From Acidobacteriota bacterium (GTDB lineage: Bacteria; Acidobacteriota; UBA890; WLXD01), in the NCBI GenBank assembly GCA_965205505.1, contig CBDBHB010000007.1, positions 64,001 through 128,000 on the forward strand: a stretch of DNA of 64,000 nucleotides, given 5' to 3'. Position 1 is the stretch's first letter. Each line of letters begins with the position of its first letter. Below the pieces are notes generated by a model that was not told the DNA's origin, ran no database searches, and worked only from the letters and a program-made list of their open reading frames with translations. Positions 43,960 to 56,525 of this stretch are shown piece after piece. The position numbers were made by a program, and so were the translations under genes.

Positions 43960-44084
43960 CTCCCCGCGGGTACCGGACCCTCCCGGCAATCAACGCCAGT
44001 TCCTTGTGCTTCCGACTGGTCTGCAGGGGCGGTTTGGCGTCGTCTCATCCCGTCCTCGGCTCGCTTCCACCTGCTGAAAACCAT

Positions 44085-44114
44085 TGTACAGCGTGGCTTT
44101 TTCTGTGCTATATT
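44085..44114 (+). promoter_or_regulatory. Putative dnaA promoter
   Basis: TGTACA-N18-TATATT with an extended -10 TG. Confidence 0.5.
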
Positions 44115-44206
44115 CCCGCATCTTGCGGCGCGGACTTCTGCTTCCCTGGCCTACGCGCGCGAGGTTCATGTAGCGTAAGTGTCCCTATATCGCTACGTTT
44201 TAAGTT

Positions 44207-44238
44207 TTTTTCACAGGTGTGGATAAGTCTGTGAAAAT
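44207..44238. promoter_or_regulatory. DnaA-box cluster upstream of dnaA
   Basis: Perfect TGTGGATAA at 44218-44226, flanked by degenerate TTTTTCACA and TGTGAAAAT. Confidence 0.85.
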
Positions 44239-44304
44239 CCGCGGGGTGGGCAGCGCCGCCGTCCACCGCCCGCGACACCAGTGCCTGGCGGTCTCGAGGG
44301 TGGG

Positions 44305-45654
44305 ATGGACACCTGGGCGCGAATCCTCTCGCGTATCGAGAACAAGCTCGACCCGCACACTTTCGAGACGTGGTTTCGGCCCACCGCGCTCCTCCGGGAA
44401 CAGGACGGCGGCCTGGATGTTGCCGTTCCCAACGAGGTTTTTCGCGACTGGCTTACGCAGAAGTACGCACCGTTGATCCGTGAGTCCCTGGAAGAGTTCC
44501 CGGGTGCGCCTACCGATATCCGCTTCTTCGTCGCCGGTATGGAACGTGCTCCTGGACCGCCCGGCTCCGCCCCTGTTGTCCCCGCGGCAGCCCCCGCTTC
44601 AGGGCGAGATCCTCTTGCTGTCCCGGAGCGGCCTGCGACGCTGAACCCGAAATACACCTTCGAGTCCTTCGTTGTCGGGGCGTCGAACCAGTTCGCCAAT
44701 GCCGCTGCTCGCGCCGTCGCCGAGAAACCATCGCGCTCGTACAACCCCCTCTTCATCTACGGAGGCGTTGGCCTGGGCAAGACGCACCTGATGCTTGCCA
44801 TTGGCCACTACATTCGCCGCACTCAACCAGACCTTCGCATCGTCTATCTGTCCTCCGAGCGCTTCATGAACGAGTTGATCAACTCGATCCGGTATGACCG
44901 TACTCACGAATTTCGTGTCCGCTATCGAAATATCGACGTGTTGCTCATAGACGACATCCAGTTCTTGGCAGGAAAAGAGCGTACTCAGGAGGAGTTTTTC
45001 CATACATTTAACGCCCTTCACGAAGAACAGCGCCAGATCGTCGTTACGAGCGACGCACCACCAAAGGAGATCCCGACGCTCGAGGAACGGCTGAGATCAA
45101 GATTCGAATGGGGACTCCTGGCCGACATCCAGCCGCCGGACCTCGAGACCAAAATCGCTATTCTGAAGAAGAAAGCCGAAGTCGAGGCGCCAGCCCTACG
45201 ACTGGCAGATGACGTGTTTCTCTACGTAGCAACGCATAGTAAATCGAATATTCGCGAGCTTGAGGGCGCCCTCATCCGCCTGCTGGCCTTCGCATCCTTG
45301 ACCGGCGACCAAATCACTGTCGCACTAGCCCGTCGCGTGTTGAAGGACACGCTCAACACCGACCCGCGGGCCGTCACAATTGAGAGTATTCAGCAGCGGG
45401 TCTCGGAGTACTACGGACTCCGTGCCGGGGAGCTAAACTCGCGAAGCAATGCCCGGCGAATAACTCGACCACGACAAGTGGCTATGTACCTGTCGAAGAA
45501 ACTGACGCACCACTCGTATCCCGAGATCGGAATTGCGTTCGGCGGAAAGCATCACAGTACCGTTATTCACTCGGTCCGAAAAGTTAAGAAAGACATGGAG
45601 AGTGACGAGGATCTTGAGCGTGGCGTCGCCGGGCTCTTGGATTCGTTTCAATAG
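44305..45654 (+). CDS. dnaA: Chromosomal replication initiator DnaA
   Basis: LNPKYTF, GGVGLGKTHL, LLIDDIQF, RLRSRF, FGGKHHSTV. Confidence 0.99.
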   Translation: MDTWARILSRIENKLDPHTFETWFRPTALLREQDGGLDVAVPNEVFRDWLTQKYAPLIRESLEEFPGAPTDIRFFVAGMERAPGPPGSAPVVPAAAPASGRDPLAVPERPATLNPKYTFESFVVGASNQFANAAARAVAEKPSRSYNPLFIYGGVGLGKTHLMLAIGHYIRRTQPDLRIVYLSSERFMNELINSIRYDRTHEFRVRYRNIDVLLIDDIQFLAGKERTQEEFFHTFNALHEEQRQIVVTSDAPPKEIPTLEERLRSRFEWGLLADIQPPDLETKIAILKKKAEVEAPALRLADDVFLYVATHSKSNIRELEGALIRLLAFASLTGDQITVALARRVLKDTLNTDPRAVTIESIQQRVSEYYGLRAGELNSRSNARRITRPRQVAMYLSKKLTHHSYPEIGIAFGGKHHSTVIHSVRKVKKDMESDEDLERGVAGLLDSFQ

Positions 45655-45872
45655 GTCCTGATATGGACAGGGTTTCCAAAAGGGAAATGTTGACGTTCAG
45701 TGAAATTAAGGTTCACCGGAGTTAACAGCACGAACGAGACCGCTCTATCCGCAGACGAATAGACAGGTCAAACCACTGAAAAGAAAGGTTGGTTCGGTGT
45801 TTTCAACAGCATTAACAGTGACTACTACTAATACGAGAATATAGACCTACTTTAGAAATAGGAGTAAATGTA
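45655..45872. other. oriC: oriC unwinding region between dnaA and dnaN
   Basis: AT-rich island with degenerate DnaA boxes (CTATCCGCA, TTTTCAACA at 45800) followed by DnaA-trio-like ACTACTACTAATA from 45821. Confidence 0.85.
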
Positions 45873-46979
45873 ATGAAGTTCACTGTCCAGAGGGATGCAC
45901 TCGCGGGTGAGTTGCAGATCCTCCAGGGCATCGCCGAGAAAAGGAAAACCATTCCGGTTCTTTCCCACATCCTCATCTCGGCCGAGTCAGATCATCTATC
46001 GCTAGTCGCAACGGATCTAGAGGTCAGTCTAAGCACACGGTGCGACGCAGTGACGTCGGATCAGGGTGGCACGACGGTCAGCTCAAAGAAGATATTCGAG
46101 GTCGTTAAATCACTTCCGTCAGGCGAGATACAGATGATCTCAAAAGCCGGAGAGTGGCTCGATATCCGAGCCGGAGATGCGTACTTCCGACTGGTCTCGC
46201 TGCCGACGACGGATTTCCCGGAGGTTCCGGCAAGTACGTTTGAGTCTGCTACAGAGATACCGCACGCTCTTTTTCGCGAGATGATCCGCCGTACGTTGTT
46301 CGCGGTGACCAAAGAGGACGTTCGATACTCCTTGAACGGCGCGCTCCTGGAGATCGGCGGAGGCAAGGTCCGAATGGTTGCCACGGACGCGCACCGACTC
46401 GCCATGGTCGAGCATGACGATGCCGAGCTCGGAACACAGACGCAGGTGAGGGCGATTATCCCGAAGAAGGCGCTGGCGGAGATACGTGATCTCGGTAAGC
46501 CGGAGACCATGCTCTTTGCACAGGATGAGCACCATCTTCACTTCAAGATCGAACACCGTGTTCTCTCGACGCGTGTGATAGAGGGACAATTTCCTGCATA
46601 CGAGAAAGTCATCCCGCGCGACAACCCCGCTACTGTTCGCTTCTCTAGCGATGCCATGGCAGAGGCGATTCGCCGCGTCAGCTTGCTGGCATCGGAACGC
46701 TCGCGCGCGGTGAAGTTCACCTTCACCAACGGCTCAGCGACGATTGTCTCGAGCAACCCTGAATTGGGAGAAGCACGTGATTCTGTGCCCGTCCAATATG
46801 AGGGAGAAGAGCTGACCGTCAGCTTCAATGCGCAGTACATTCTCGACTTCCTGTCGGTGGCCGCAAGCGATCAGGTAGAGGCGTATCTTCGCGACGATTC
46901 AAGTCAAGGATTGATGTCTCCGGTACCCGCCGAGGACGGTCTGGCGTATCAGTACGTGCTTATGCCGATGAGGTTGTAG
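45873..46979 (+). CDS. dnaN: DNA polymerase III beta clamp
   Basis: ATDLE, VATDAHRLA, GQFPAY, FNAQY, C-terminal LMPMRL. AGGAG RBS. Confidence 0.98.
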   Translation: MKFTVQRDALAGELQILQGIAEKRKTIPVLSHILISAESDHLSLVATDLEVSLSTRCDAVTSDQGGTTVSSKKIFEVVKSLPSGEIQMISKAGEWLDIRAGDAYFRLVSLPTTDFPEVPASTFESATEIPHALFREMIRRTLFAVTKEDVRYSLNGALLEIGGGKVRMVATDAHRLAMVEHDDAELGTQTQVRAIIPKKALAEIRDLGKPETMLFAQDEHHLHFKIEHRVLSTRVIEGQFPAYEKVIPRDNPATVRFSSDAMAEAIRRVSLLASERSRAVKFTFTNGSATIVSSNPELGEARDSVPVQYEGEELTVSFNAQYILDFLSVAASDQVEAYLRDDSSQGLMSPVPAEDGLAYQYVLMPMRL

Positions 46980-46985
46980 GCTAAC

Positions 46986-47016
46986 CTGTAAGTATCTGAT
47001 TTTAAATAACTTACAG
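46986..47016. promoter_or_regulatory. CTGTAAGT-N15-ACTTACAG palindrome (IHF-like or regulator site)
   Basis: Perfect 8-bp inverted repeat with an AT-rich 15-nt spacer. TATAAT lies at 47063-47068 downstream. Confidence 0.5.
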
Positions 47017-47289
47017 AACAACTCACACCGGCCCTTGACTATGCACAGAGGTCGCGGAGAGGTATAATGTTCGGGTGCCTAGTGAAACGCAGGGTGTGCC
47101 CGGAAAGCGCGGCCGTCTCTATTCGCGAAGACAGCCGCCAGGGCGAAAACCGAGCGCACACAGCAGGTGGGGCGCGGCCCGAAAACCGGGTTTGTAGAGC
47201 GCTATCGTGGCCACTACGGATCGAATATGAGCCGGTGCTTTGTGTGCCATCAAAGCGCCTGTGGTCCGCGCGTGCTGATGCGCGCTTAG

Positions 47290-49725
<2,436 letters not shown>

Positions 49726-49782
49726 GTGATCACGGCGAGGCCATAGGCTGCCGCGATTCGACAGCGGACCCCCGGAGTCGTA

Positions 49783-52251
49783 ATGGATGTAATCGAGCAC
49801 AAGATGCCCGTCTCGGTCGAGGACGAGGTGCGACGGTCGTATCTCGACTACGCCATGAGCGTCATCGTAGGCCGCGCGCTGCCCGACGTCCGCGATGGGC
49901 TCAAGCCGGTGCACCGCCGCGTGCTCTTCGCCATGCAACAGCTCAACAACGGCTGGAACCAGGCGTATAAGAAGAGCGCACGCATCGTCGGCGACGTCAT
50001 CGGCAAGTATCACCCGCACGGCGACCAGGCGGTGTACGACACCATCGTCCGTATGGCGCAGGACTTCTCCATGCGCCACATGCTCGTCGACGGCCAGGGG
50101 AACTTCGGCTCGCTCGACGGAGACCCGCCAGCAGCGATGCGGTACACCGAAGTTCGCATGTCCCGCTTGGCGGGGGAGTTGCTCGCTGACAGCGACAAAG
50201 AAACCGTCGATTTTGTCGCCAACTACGACGATTCGCTCGAAGAGCCAACGGTCTTGCCAGCGAAGTTCCCGGCGCTGCTGGTGAACGGCTCCTCTGGAAT
50301 CGCGGTGGGGATGGCGACCAACATCCCGCCGCACAACCTTCGCGAGATCGTCGATGCCACCGTAGCGCTGATCAACGATCCAGAGATCACCGTCGCCGGC
50401 CTGATGCAGCACGTCCGGGGCCCCGACTTTCCTACCGCGGGGATCATCTACGGCGCCAGCGGCATCGTCGACGCATATCGCAGCGGCCGCGGCATCATCC
50501 GAGTCAGGGCACGCGCCGATATCGAGCGGCCCCCATCGAGCCGCGCGCGCGACCGCATCGTGATCACAGAGGTTCCCTATCAGGTCAATAAGGCGCGCCT
50601 CATCGAGCAGATCGCCGGGTTGGTGAAGAACAAAAAGCTCGAGGGCATCGCGGACCTGCGCGACGAGAGCAGCCGTGAAGGGGTGCGAGTTGTCATCGAG
50701 ATCAGGAGGGGAGAGGAACCCGACGTCGTTCTGAACAACCTGTATAGCCAGACGGCGATGACGAGTACGTTCGGCATCATTTTGTTGGCGATTCGCAACG
50801 GCGCGCCGAAGGTGCTCACCCTCAAGGAGATACTCCAGGCGTTCATTGGTTATCGTCGGGAGGTCATCACCCGCCGCACGCTCTTCGATCTCAAGCGTGC
50901 CGAGGCGCGGGCACACATTCTAGAAGGTCTCAAAATCGCCCTTGACCATCTCGATGAGATCATTGCGCTGATCCGGGGGTCAGAGAACGCCGAAGTTGCC
51001 CGTACAGGGATGGTCAAACGGTTCTCGATGTCCGAGACCCAGGCGCAGGCGGTGCTGGACATGCGCCTGCAGCGGCTGACGGGTCTCGAGCGGCAGAAGA
51101 TCCTCGACGACCTGAAGGTAACCCTGGAGCTCATCGAGAGCCTGGAGGACATTCTGGCCTCGGAGCGCAGGGTTCTCGACCTCATCGTCGACGAGCTTCA
51201 GGAGATCAAGGCATCGTATGGCGATGCTCGACGCACAGAGATCGTAAATGACGCGCGCGATTTCACCGTCGAGGACCTCATCGCCGAAGAGGACATGGTG
51301 GTGACGTGCAGTCACGCCGGCTACGTGAAGCGCACGCCTCTCAGCCTGTATCGCCAGCAGCGTCGTGGCGGGAAAGGGCGCATCGGCGCAGTAACCAAAG
51401 AGGGCGACTTCGTCGAGCATCTTTTCGTAGCGTCGACGCACGCCTATGTCATGGTGTTCACAGAGTTCGGAATGGCGTATTGGCTGAAGGTTTACAACTT
51501 GCCGCAGGGCGGGCCGGCGACGCGCGGCAAGGCGATCATCAACCTGCTGCCGCGCCTCGACAAAGGCGATTCTGTAGCCGCGATCCTGCCAGTGGCTGAG
51601 TTCGAAGAGGGCAAACATATCCTTTTCGCGACCGAGCAGGGGTTGGTGAAGAAGACTGAGCTAACCGCCTTCTCGCATCCCAAGGTGAATGGCATCATCG
51701 CCATTAGGATTCAGAAGGGAGACCGCCTTCTCGCCGCCAAGATCACCGACGGCGATCAAGACATCATCATCGGCACGTATCTCGGCAAGGCCATACGCTT
51801 CTCAGAGAGGGACGCCCGGCCCATGGGTCGAAGCACCATGGGGGTGAGGGGAATCCGCCTGTCGGAAGGCGACATCGTCGTCGGCGCGGACACAGTGCGC
51901 GGCGACTTCGGCACGATCCTCTCGGTGACCGAGCACGGCTTTGGCAAGCGCACGGCGGTGAGCCTGTACCGCCGCCAGCGGCGCGGTGGGATGGGCCTGA
52001 TCGACATCAAGACATCACCACGTAACGGTCCGGTGGTCGGTCAACGCGTGGTCACCGGCGAAGATGACGTCATGCTGATAAGCCAGAGCGGCAAGCTCAT
52101 CCGGATCCCCACGGCCGGGGTCAAAGAGCAAGGCCGCAACACCCAGGGCGTCAAGGTCATCGACCTTGGGGACGATGATCGCGTCGTCGCGGTGGCGCGG
52201 CTGGCGGAATCTGAGGCCTCCGCGGAATCTGAGGTCTCCTCCGACGACTGA
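49783..52251 (+). CDS. gyrA: DNA gyrase subunit A
   Basis: YHPHGD, AAMRYTE, GyrA-box QRRGGKG. Confidence 0.99.
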   Translation: MDVIEHKMPVSVEDEVRRSYLDYAMSVIVGRALPDVRDGLKPVHRRVLFAMQQLNNGWNQAYKKSARIVGDVIGKYHPHGDQAVYDTIVRMAQDFSMRHMLVDGQGNFGSLDGDPPAAMRYTEVRMSRLAGELLADSDKETVDFVANYDDSLEEPTVLPAKFPALLVNGSSGIAVGMATNIPPHNLREIVDATVALINDPEITVAGLMQHVRGPDFPTAGIIYGASGIVDAYRSGRGIIRVRARADIERPPSSRARDRIVITEVPYQVNKARLIEQIAGLVKNKKLEGIADLRDESSREGVRVVIEIRRGEEPDVVLNNLYSQTAMTSTFGIILLAIRNGAPKVLTLKEILQAFIGYRREVITRRTLFDLKRAEARAHILEGLKIALDHLDEIIALIRGSENAEVARTGMVKRFSMSETQAQAVLDMRLQRLTGLERQKILDDLKVTLELIESLEDILASERRVLDLIVDELQEIKASYGDARRTEIVNDARDFTVEDLIAEEDMVVTCSHAGYVKRTPLSLYRQQRRGGKGRIGAVTKEGDFVEHLFVASTHAYVMVFTEFGMAYWLKVYNLPQGGPATRGKAIINLLPRLDKGDSVAAILPVAEFEEGKHILFATEQGLVKKTELTAFSHPKVNGIIAIRIQKGDRLLAAKITDGDQDIIIGTYLGKAIRFSERDARPMGRSTMGVRGIRLSEGDIVVGADTVRGDFGTILSVTEHGFGKRTAVSLYRRQRRGGMGLIDIKTSPRNGPVVGQRVVTGEDDVMLISQSGKLIRIPTAGVKEQGRNTQGVKVIDLGDDDRVVAVARLAESEASAESEVSSDD

Positions 52252-52291
52252 CCGGCCGCTCGCCGCTCACCGCGTTGCTGGAAGCGCCCGG

Positions 52292-54559
52292 CTACGCCAA
52301 CAGTTGAAGCTTGGCGTATTTGGCGATCAGCTGCTTGGTGCCGGCGCGCGTGAACGCCACGGTCAGCTTCAGCGAGTCGCCGCTGCCCTGCGCATCGGTG
52401 ATCCGTCCAGATCCGAACATCGGATGGAAGACGGCGGTGCCTTCGACGAGGCGGTTGGGCGACGCCGGCATGCCCGACCCGCGGGCGTTCGGATCAACAT
52501 GTCGAGCTGAACGTGAACGGCGTGACCCCGCCGAGGAGCGTGTTGTACGACGCGTGCGATCCCGCGTGGCCACTCTGCCCCGTCGGTGCGACACATCGAC
52601 GACTGCCTGCGGCTCCTCGTCAGCCACTAGTAGCCCGGAGTCGATCTCGCCGACGAAGCGGGACGGCAACTGGAACCGCTCGCGCCCGTGGACGCGGCGC
52701 AAGCGTGCCGAGCTGAGGAACAATTCGTTGCGCGCCCGCGTCATAGCGACGTAGGCCAGGCGTCGTTCCTCTTCGACCTGGCCCCCGTCGATTGCGGAAC
52801 GCATCGGAAACAGGCCCTCTTCAAGGCCCGCCACGAACACCTGCACGAACTCGAGCCCCTTGGCCGAGTGGACCGTCATCAACGCTACCCCCGTGGCCCC
52901 GCGCGACGAGTCCGCGTCGGAGATCAGCGCGGTGCGATCGAGAAACGACGCCAGCGCTTCCTTAGCGGCAGACGTGTCGCCGGAAAACTCGATGGCCGAG
53001 GCCACCAACTCGTCGACGTTGGCCAGCCGGTCCTCGCCGTCAGGTCGGTTTCGAAGCAGCGCGCGGTAGCCGCTAAGCGCCATCACCTGCTCGATCAGCT
53101 CGCCAAGCGGCATCGTGTCGATCCGCCGGCGCAAGTCAGCGATTAGCTGACCGAAAACGACCAAACCTCCCACTGCCCGTCCGCGGCACCCGAGGGCGCG
53201 GAGCCGCGCCTCTGGATCGACCGCCTCTATCGTTTCGAGCAGCGCGCCAAGCGACGATTTGCCATGGCTTCGCAGCGACTCGAGGCTGGCGGGTCCGACA
53301 CCACGCGTCGGGGTGCCCATCGCCCGCGCCAGAGCCGCGTCGTCGTCGGTCAACAAGAGGCGTAGGTAGGCCAATATATCCCTGACCTCAGCGCGTCGGA
53401 AGAACGTCTGCCCGCCGAGCACGCGAAACGGGATACCTCGCCCGGCGAGCTCCTCTTCGAAGGGTCGAGATTGCGCGTTGGTGCGATACAGGACCGCCAT
53501 ATCGCTCGGCGGTGCGCCGGCGGCGATCGCCGCGGCGATTCGCTTCGCGACCCAGACCGCCTCGCTGCGCTCCGTGGCACATTGCATGTATGTCGGCTTG
53601 GAGTCGCCCGGGTTGTTCGTCCACAACTGCTTCCCTAGGCGCTCACTGTTGCGCGCCACCAGCGATCCGGCAGCGGCGAGGATAGCCGGTGTCGAACGGT
53701 AGTTCTGTTCGAGCCGTATGACGGTGGCATTTGGGAAATCGTCGCGGAACTCGAGCACGTTGGCGATGTCGGCCCCGCGCCACCTGTAAATTGCTTGGTC
53801 TTCGTCGCCGACGACCATGAGCGTGGCGTTGTCGTGGAGCAACGCGCGCACGAGGCGATACTGCGTGCGGTTGGTGTCCTGATACTCGTCGACGAGCAGA
53901 TGTCCGAAGCGCGTCGCGTCGGGGGCAATGACCCCGCGGTTAAGCAACTGCAGCGGCAATGCGAGAAGGTCGTCAAAATCGACCGCGTTGTCGGTTCGCA
54001 TCTCCTTGCGATAGCGGTCGTAGACGCGGGCTGCGGCGCGCTTCTCGGGAGACTGGCCAGGATCGTCCCAGGTGCGCGGGTCCTCCAGTTGGTTGCGGGC
54101 TCGACTGCACATCTCGTACAGCATCGTCGGTCGCAGCTCGCTGGCGTCGATGTTCGCCGCCGCCTGGCAGCGCCGCCAGACTGTCAACGCATCGCCGCGA
54201 TCGTAAACCGCGAACCCGGGGCGGGGAGCGCCATCAGCTCCGGCAGCGTCGCGGAGGATACGCAAGCCCAAGGCGTGGAAGGTCAGCACCCAAACGTCTG
54301 AGGCAGCTGCGCCGGCCAGCCGCTCGAGGCGCTCGCGCATCTCGCCGGCGGCCTTGTTGGTGAACGTCACGGCGCAGACAGTGGTTGGCGGGACGCGCAT
54401 CTCGGCGAGCAACCAGGCGATGCGATAGGTGATTACGCGGGTCTTGCCCGAACCTGCGCCAGCCAACACGAGACACGGGCCCCCAGCGTGGGTGACGGCG
54501 CGGTACTGCTCGGGGTTGAGGTCGCCGGAAAGGTCGGCGCGCAGGTCGAGCTGGCTCAC
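52292..54559 (-). CDS. pcrA: ATP-dependent DNA helicase UvrD/PcrA
   Basis: AGAGSGKT, FTNKAA, DEYQD, QNYRS, HSAKGLEF, EEERRLAYVAMTRA. C-terminal Tudor-like domain (HPMFGSG). Confidence 0.95.
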   Translation of the reverse strand: MSQLDLRADLSGDLNPEQYRAVTHAGGPCLVLAGAGSGKTRVITYRIAWLLAEMRVPPTTVCAVTFTNKAAGEMRERLERLAGAAASDVWVLTFHALGLRILRDAAGADGAPRPGFAVYDRGDALTVWRRCQAAANIDASELRPTMLYEMCSRARNQLEDPRTWDDPGQSPEKRAAARVYDRYRKEMRTDNAVDFDDLLALPLQLLNRGVIAPDATRFGHLLVDEYQDTNRTQYRLVRALLHDNATLMVVGDEDQAIYRWRGADIANVLEFRDDFPNATVIRLEQNYRSTPAILAAAGSLVARNSERLGKQLWTNNPGDSKPTYMQCATERSEAVWVAKRIAAAIAAGAPPSDMAVLYRTNAQSRPFEEELAGRGIPFRVLGGQTFFRRAEVRDILAYLRLLLTDDDAALARAMGTPTRGVGPASLESLRSHGKSSLGALLETIEAVDPEARLRALGCRGRAVGGLVVFGQLIADLRRRIDTMPLGELIEQVMALSGYRALLRNRPDGEDRLANVDELVASAIEFSGDTSAAKEALASFLDRTALISDADSSRGATGVALMTVHSAKGLEFVQVFVAGLEEGLFPMRSAIDGGQVEEERRLAYVAMTRARNELFLSSARLRRVHGRERFQLPSRFVGEIDSGLLVADEEPQAVVDVSHRRGRVATRDRTRRTTRSSAGSRRSRSARHVDPNARGSGMPASPNRLVEGTAVFHPMFGSGRITDAQGSGDSLKLTVAFTRAGTKQLIAKYAKLQLLA

Positions 54560-54604
54560 AATGGGTGGTCCCGTGCCGTCGCGGCTCGGCGGCCCGACGA
54601 GCGG

Positions 54605-56437
54605 CTATTCGACAGTGACGCTTTTCGCGAGGTTGCGCGGCTGGTCGACGTCGCATCCACGCTGCACCGCTACATGGTAGGCGAGAAGCTGAAGCGGCAC
54701 GACCGCGAGCAACGGCGAGAACTCCGGCAAACAGTCGGGGATCGTCAACAGCTCGTCGCTGAGCTCGTCGAGCGCATCATCTCCCTCTGTCCCTACGGCC
54801 AACAGGAACGCTTCGCGCGCCTTGGCCTCCTGCATGTTGCTGGCGGTCTTTTCGTAGAGATCTGTCTGCGGGGCAAGCGCAACCACCGGGACGCCGCGGT
54901 CGATCAACGCGATGGGTCCGTGTTTCATCTCGCCCGCCGGGTAGCCGTGCGCATGGATATACGAGATCTCCTTGAGCTTCAGCGCACCCTCCAAGGCTAT
55001 CGGGTAGAGGAATCCCCGGCCGAAAAAAAGGAACTGCTGGAAATGCGCCACCCGGCGCGCCACGGCAGCGATCGCTGGCTCACACAAGAGGATGCTTTCG
55101 ATCAGACGCGGGATGCGGGCGAGCGCGTGAAGACGCAGCTCGAGGGCCTCGCGCGACAACTTGCCGCGCAGCTCCGCGAGCCGCAAGGCGATCAGGTACA
55201 GGCAGGTGAGCTGCGTTGTGAACGCCTTGGTCGAGGCCACGCCGATCTCGGGTCCGGCCTGGGTCAGCAGAACGCCGTCGGCGACGCGGGTGGCCATCGA
55301 CCCCACCACGTTACAGATCGTCCACAGATTGGCACCGCGGTCTTTGGCCTCGCGCATCGCGGCCAGTGTGTCGGCTGTCTCGCCGGATTGGGTAATGGCG
55401 CACGCTACTGATCCTGGCCTGACGATGGGCCCGCGGTAGCGAAATTCGCTCGCGTGGTCGACGGTCACCGGCAGGTCGGCGAGCGTCTCGATCCAGTACT
55501 TACCGACCAGGGCCGCGTGCCACGATGTGCCGCAGCCGAGCAGGATGAGCTCGGTCATCGACCTCGCCAGGTTCTCGTCGAGGTTGAGCTCGCCGAGGTT
55601 GACCTCCAGGCGCGTTCGGTTGACGCGGCCGACGAGGCTGTCGCGCACCGCTGTCGGCTGCTCGTGGATCTCCTTGAGCATGAAGTGCTTGTAGCCACCC
55701 TTCTCCGCGGTGACCGGATCCCAAGCGATGCGCTGTGGCTCGACCGCCGCCGCACCGCCGGCTCGGTCTGTAATCGCTACTGCGTCGGGCGTGACAACTG
55801 CGAGTTGACCGTCGTCGAGGAAAACAATGTCGCGGGTGTACTGCAGTACCGGCGGAACATCCGAGGCAATGAAGTTCTCGCCGTCGCCGAGGCCCACCAC
55901 GATCGGCGGGCCTTGTCGCGCCGCGACGATCTTCTGTGGCTCGTCGAGCGATATCACGACGAGCGCATAGATGCCCACCAGGTCATCGAGGGCACGCCGA
56001 ACGGCGGTCTCCAGATTGCCGGCGTAGTACGTCGAAACCAGGTGCACGACCGCCTCGGTGTCGGTCTCGGTGACGAACTTGCAGCCATCGGCGATGAGTC
56101 GCTCGCGCAAATCGAGGAAGTTCTCGATGATGCCGTTGTGCACCAGCACGATCCGTCCGCTGCCGTCGCCATGCGGGTGAGCGTTCTCCAGCGTCGGCTT
56201 TCCGTGGGTCGCCCAGCGCGTGTGGCCGATCCCGTAGTCCCCAGCGATAGGAGCGGCCTCGAGCTCGGCCACCAGGTTCACGAGCTTGCCAGCCGCACGG
56301 CGCACGCCGATGGTGCCGTTCGTTCGCGCTACCGCGATGCCGGCAGAGTCGTAGCCGCGGTATTCGAGACGTTGGAGGCCATCGAGCAGAACGGGCACAG
56401 CTTCCCGCGTTCCGACGTACCCGACGATGCCGCACAT
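54605..56437 (-). CDS. glmS: Glutamine-fructose-6-phosphate aminotransferase
   Basis: MCGIVG, HTRWATHG, PRNLAKSVTVE. Confidence 0.99.
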   Translation of the reverse strand: MCGIVGYVGTREAVPVLLDGLQRLEYRGYDSAGIAVARTNGTIGVRRAAGKLVNLVAELEAAPIAGDYGIGHTRWATHGKPTLENAHPHGDGSGRIVLVHNGIIENFLDLRERLIADGCKFVTETDTEAVVHLVSTYYAGNLETAVRRALDDLVGIYALVVISLDEPQKIVAARQGPPIVVGLGDGENFIASDVPPVLQYTRDIVFLDDGQLAVVTPDAVAITDRAGGAAAVEPQRIAWDPVTAEKGGYKHFMLKEIHEQPTAVRDSLVGRVNRTRLEVNLGELNLDENLARSMTELILLGCGTSWHAALVGKYWIETLADLPVTVDHASEFRYRGPIVRPGSVACAITQSGETADTLAAMREAKDRGANLWTICNVVGSMATRVADGVLLTQAGPEIGVASTKAFTTQLTCLYLIALRLAELRGKLSREALELRLHALARIPRLIESILLCEPAIAAVARRVAHFQQFLFFGRGFLYPIALEGALKLKEISYIHAHGYPAGEMKHGPIALIDRGVPVVALAPQTDLYEKTASNMQEAKAREAFLLAVGTEGDDALDELSDELLTIPDCLPEFSPLLAVVPLQLLAYHVAVQRGCDVDQPRNLAKSVTVE

Positions 56438-56525
56438 GGCTCAGCTTCTCCCCCGACGCCGGACGACGCCGTAAACCCCGAAGGACCAATTACAGCAACG
56501 ACGGTGGCCCACGCAACCGGAATCG

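Noticed and set aside
47035-47068. TTGACT...TATAAT as the gyrB promoter pair
   Set aside because: The 22-bp spacer is too long for sigma70. Only the -10 is credible.
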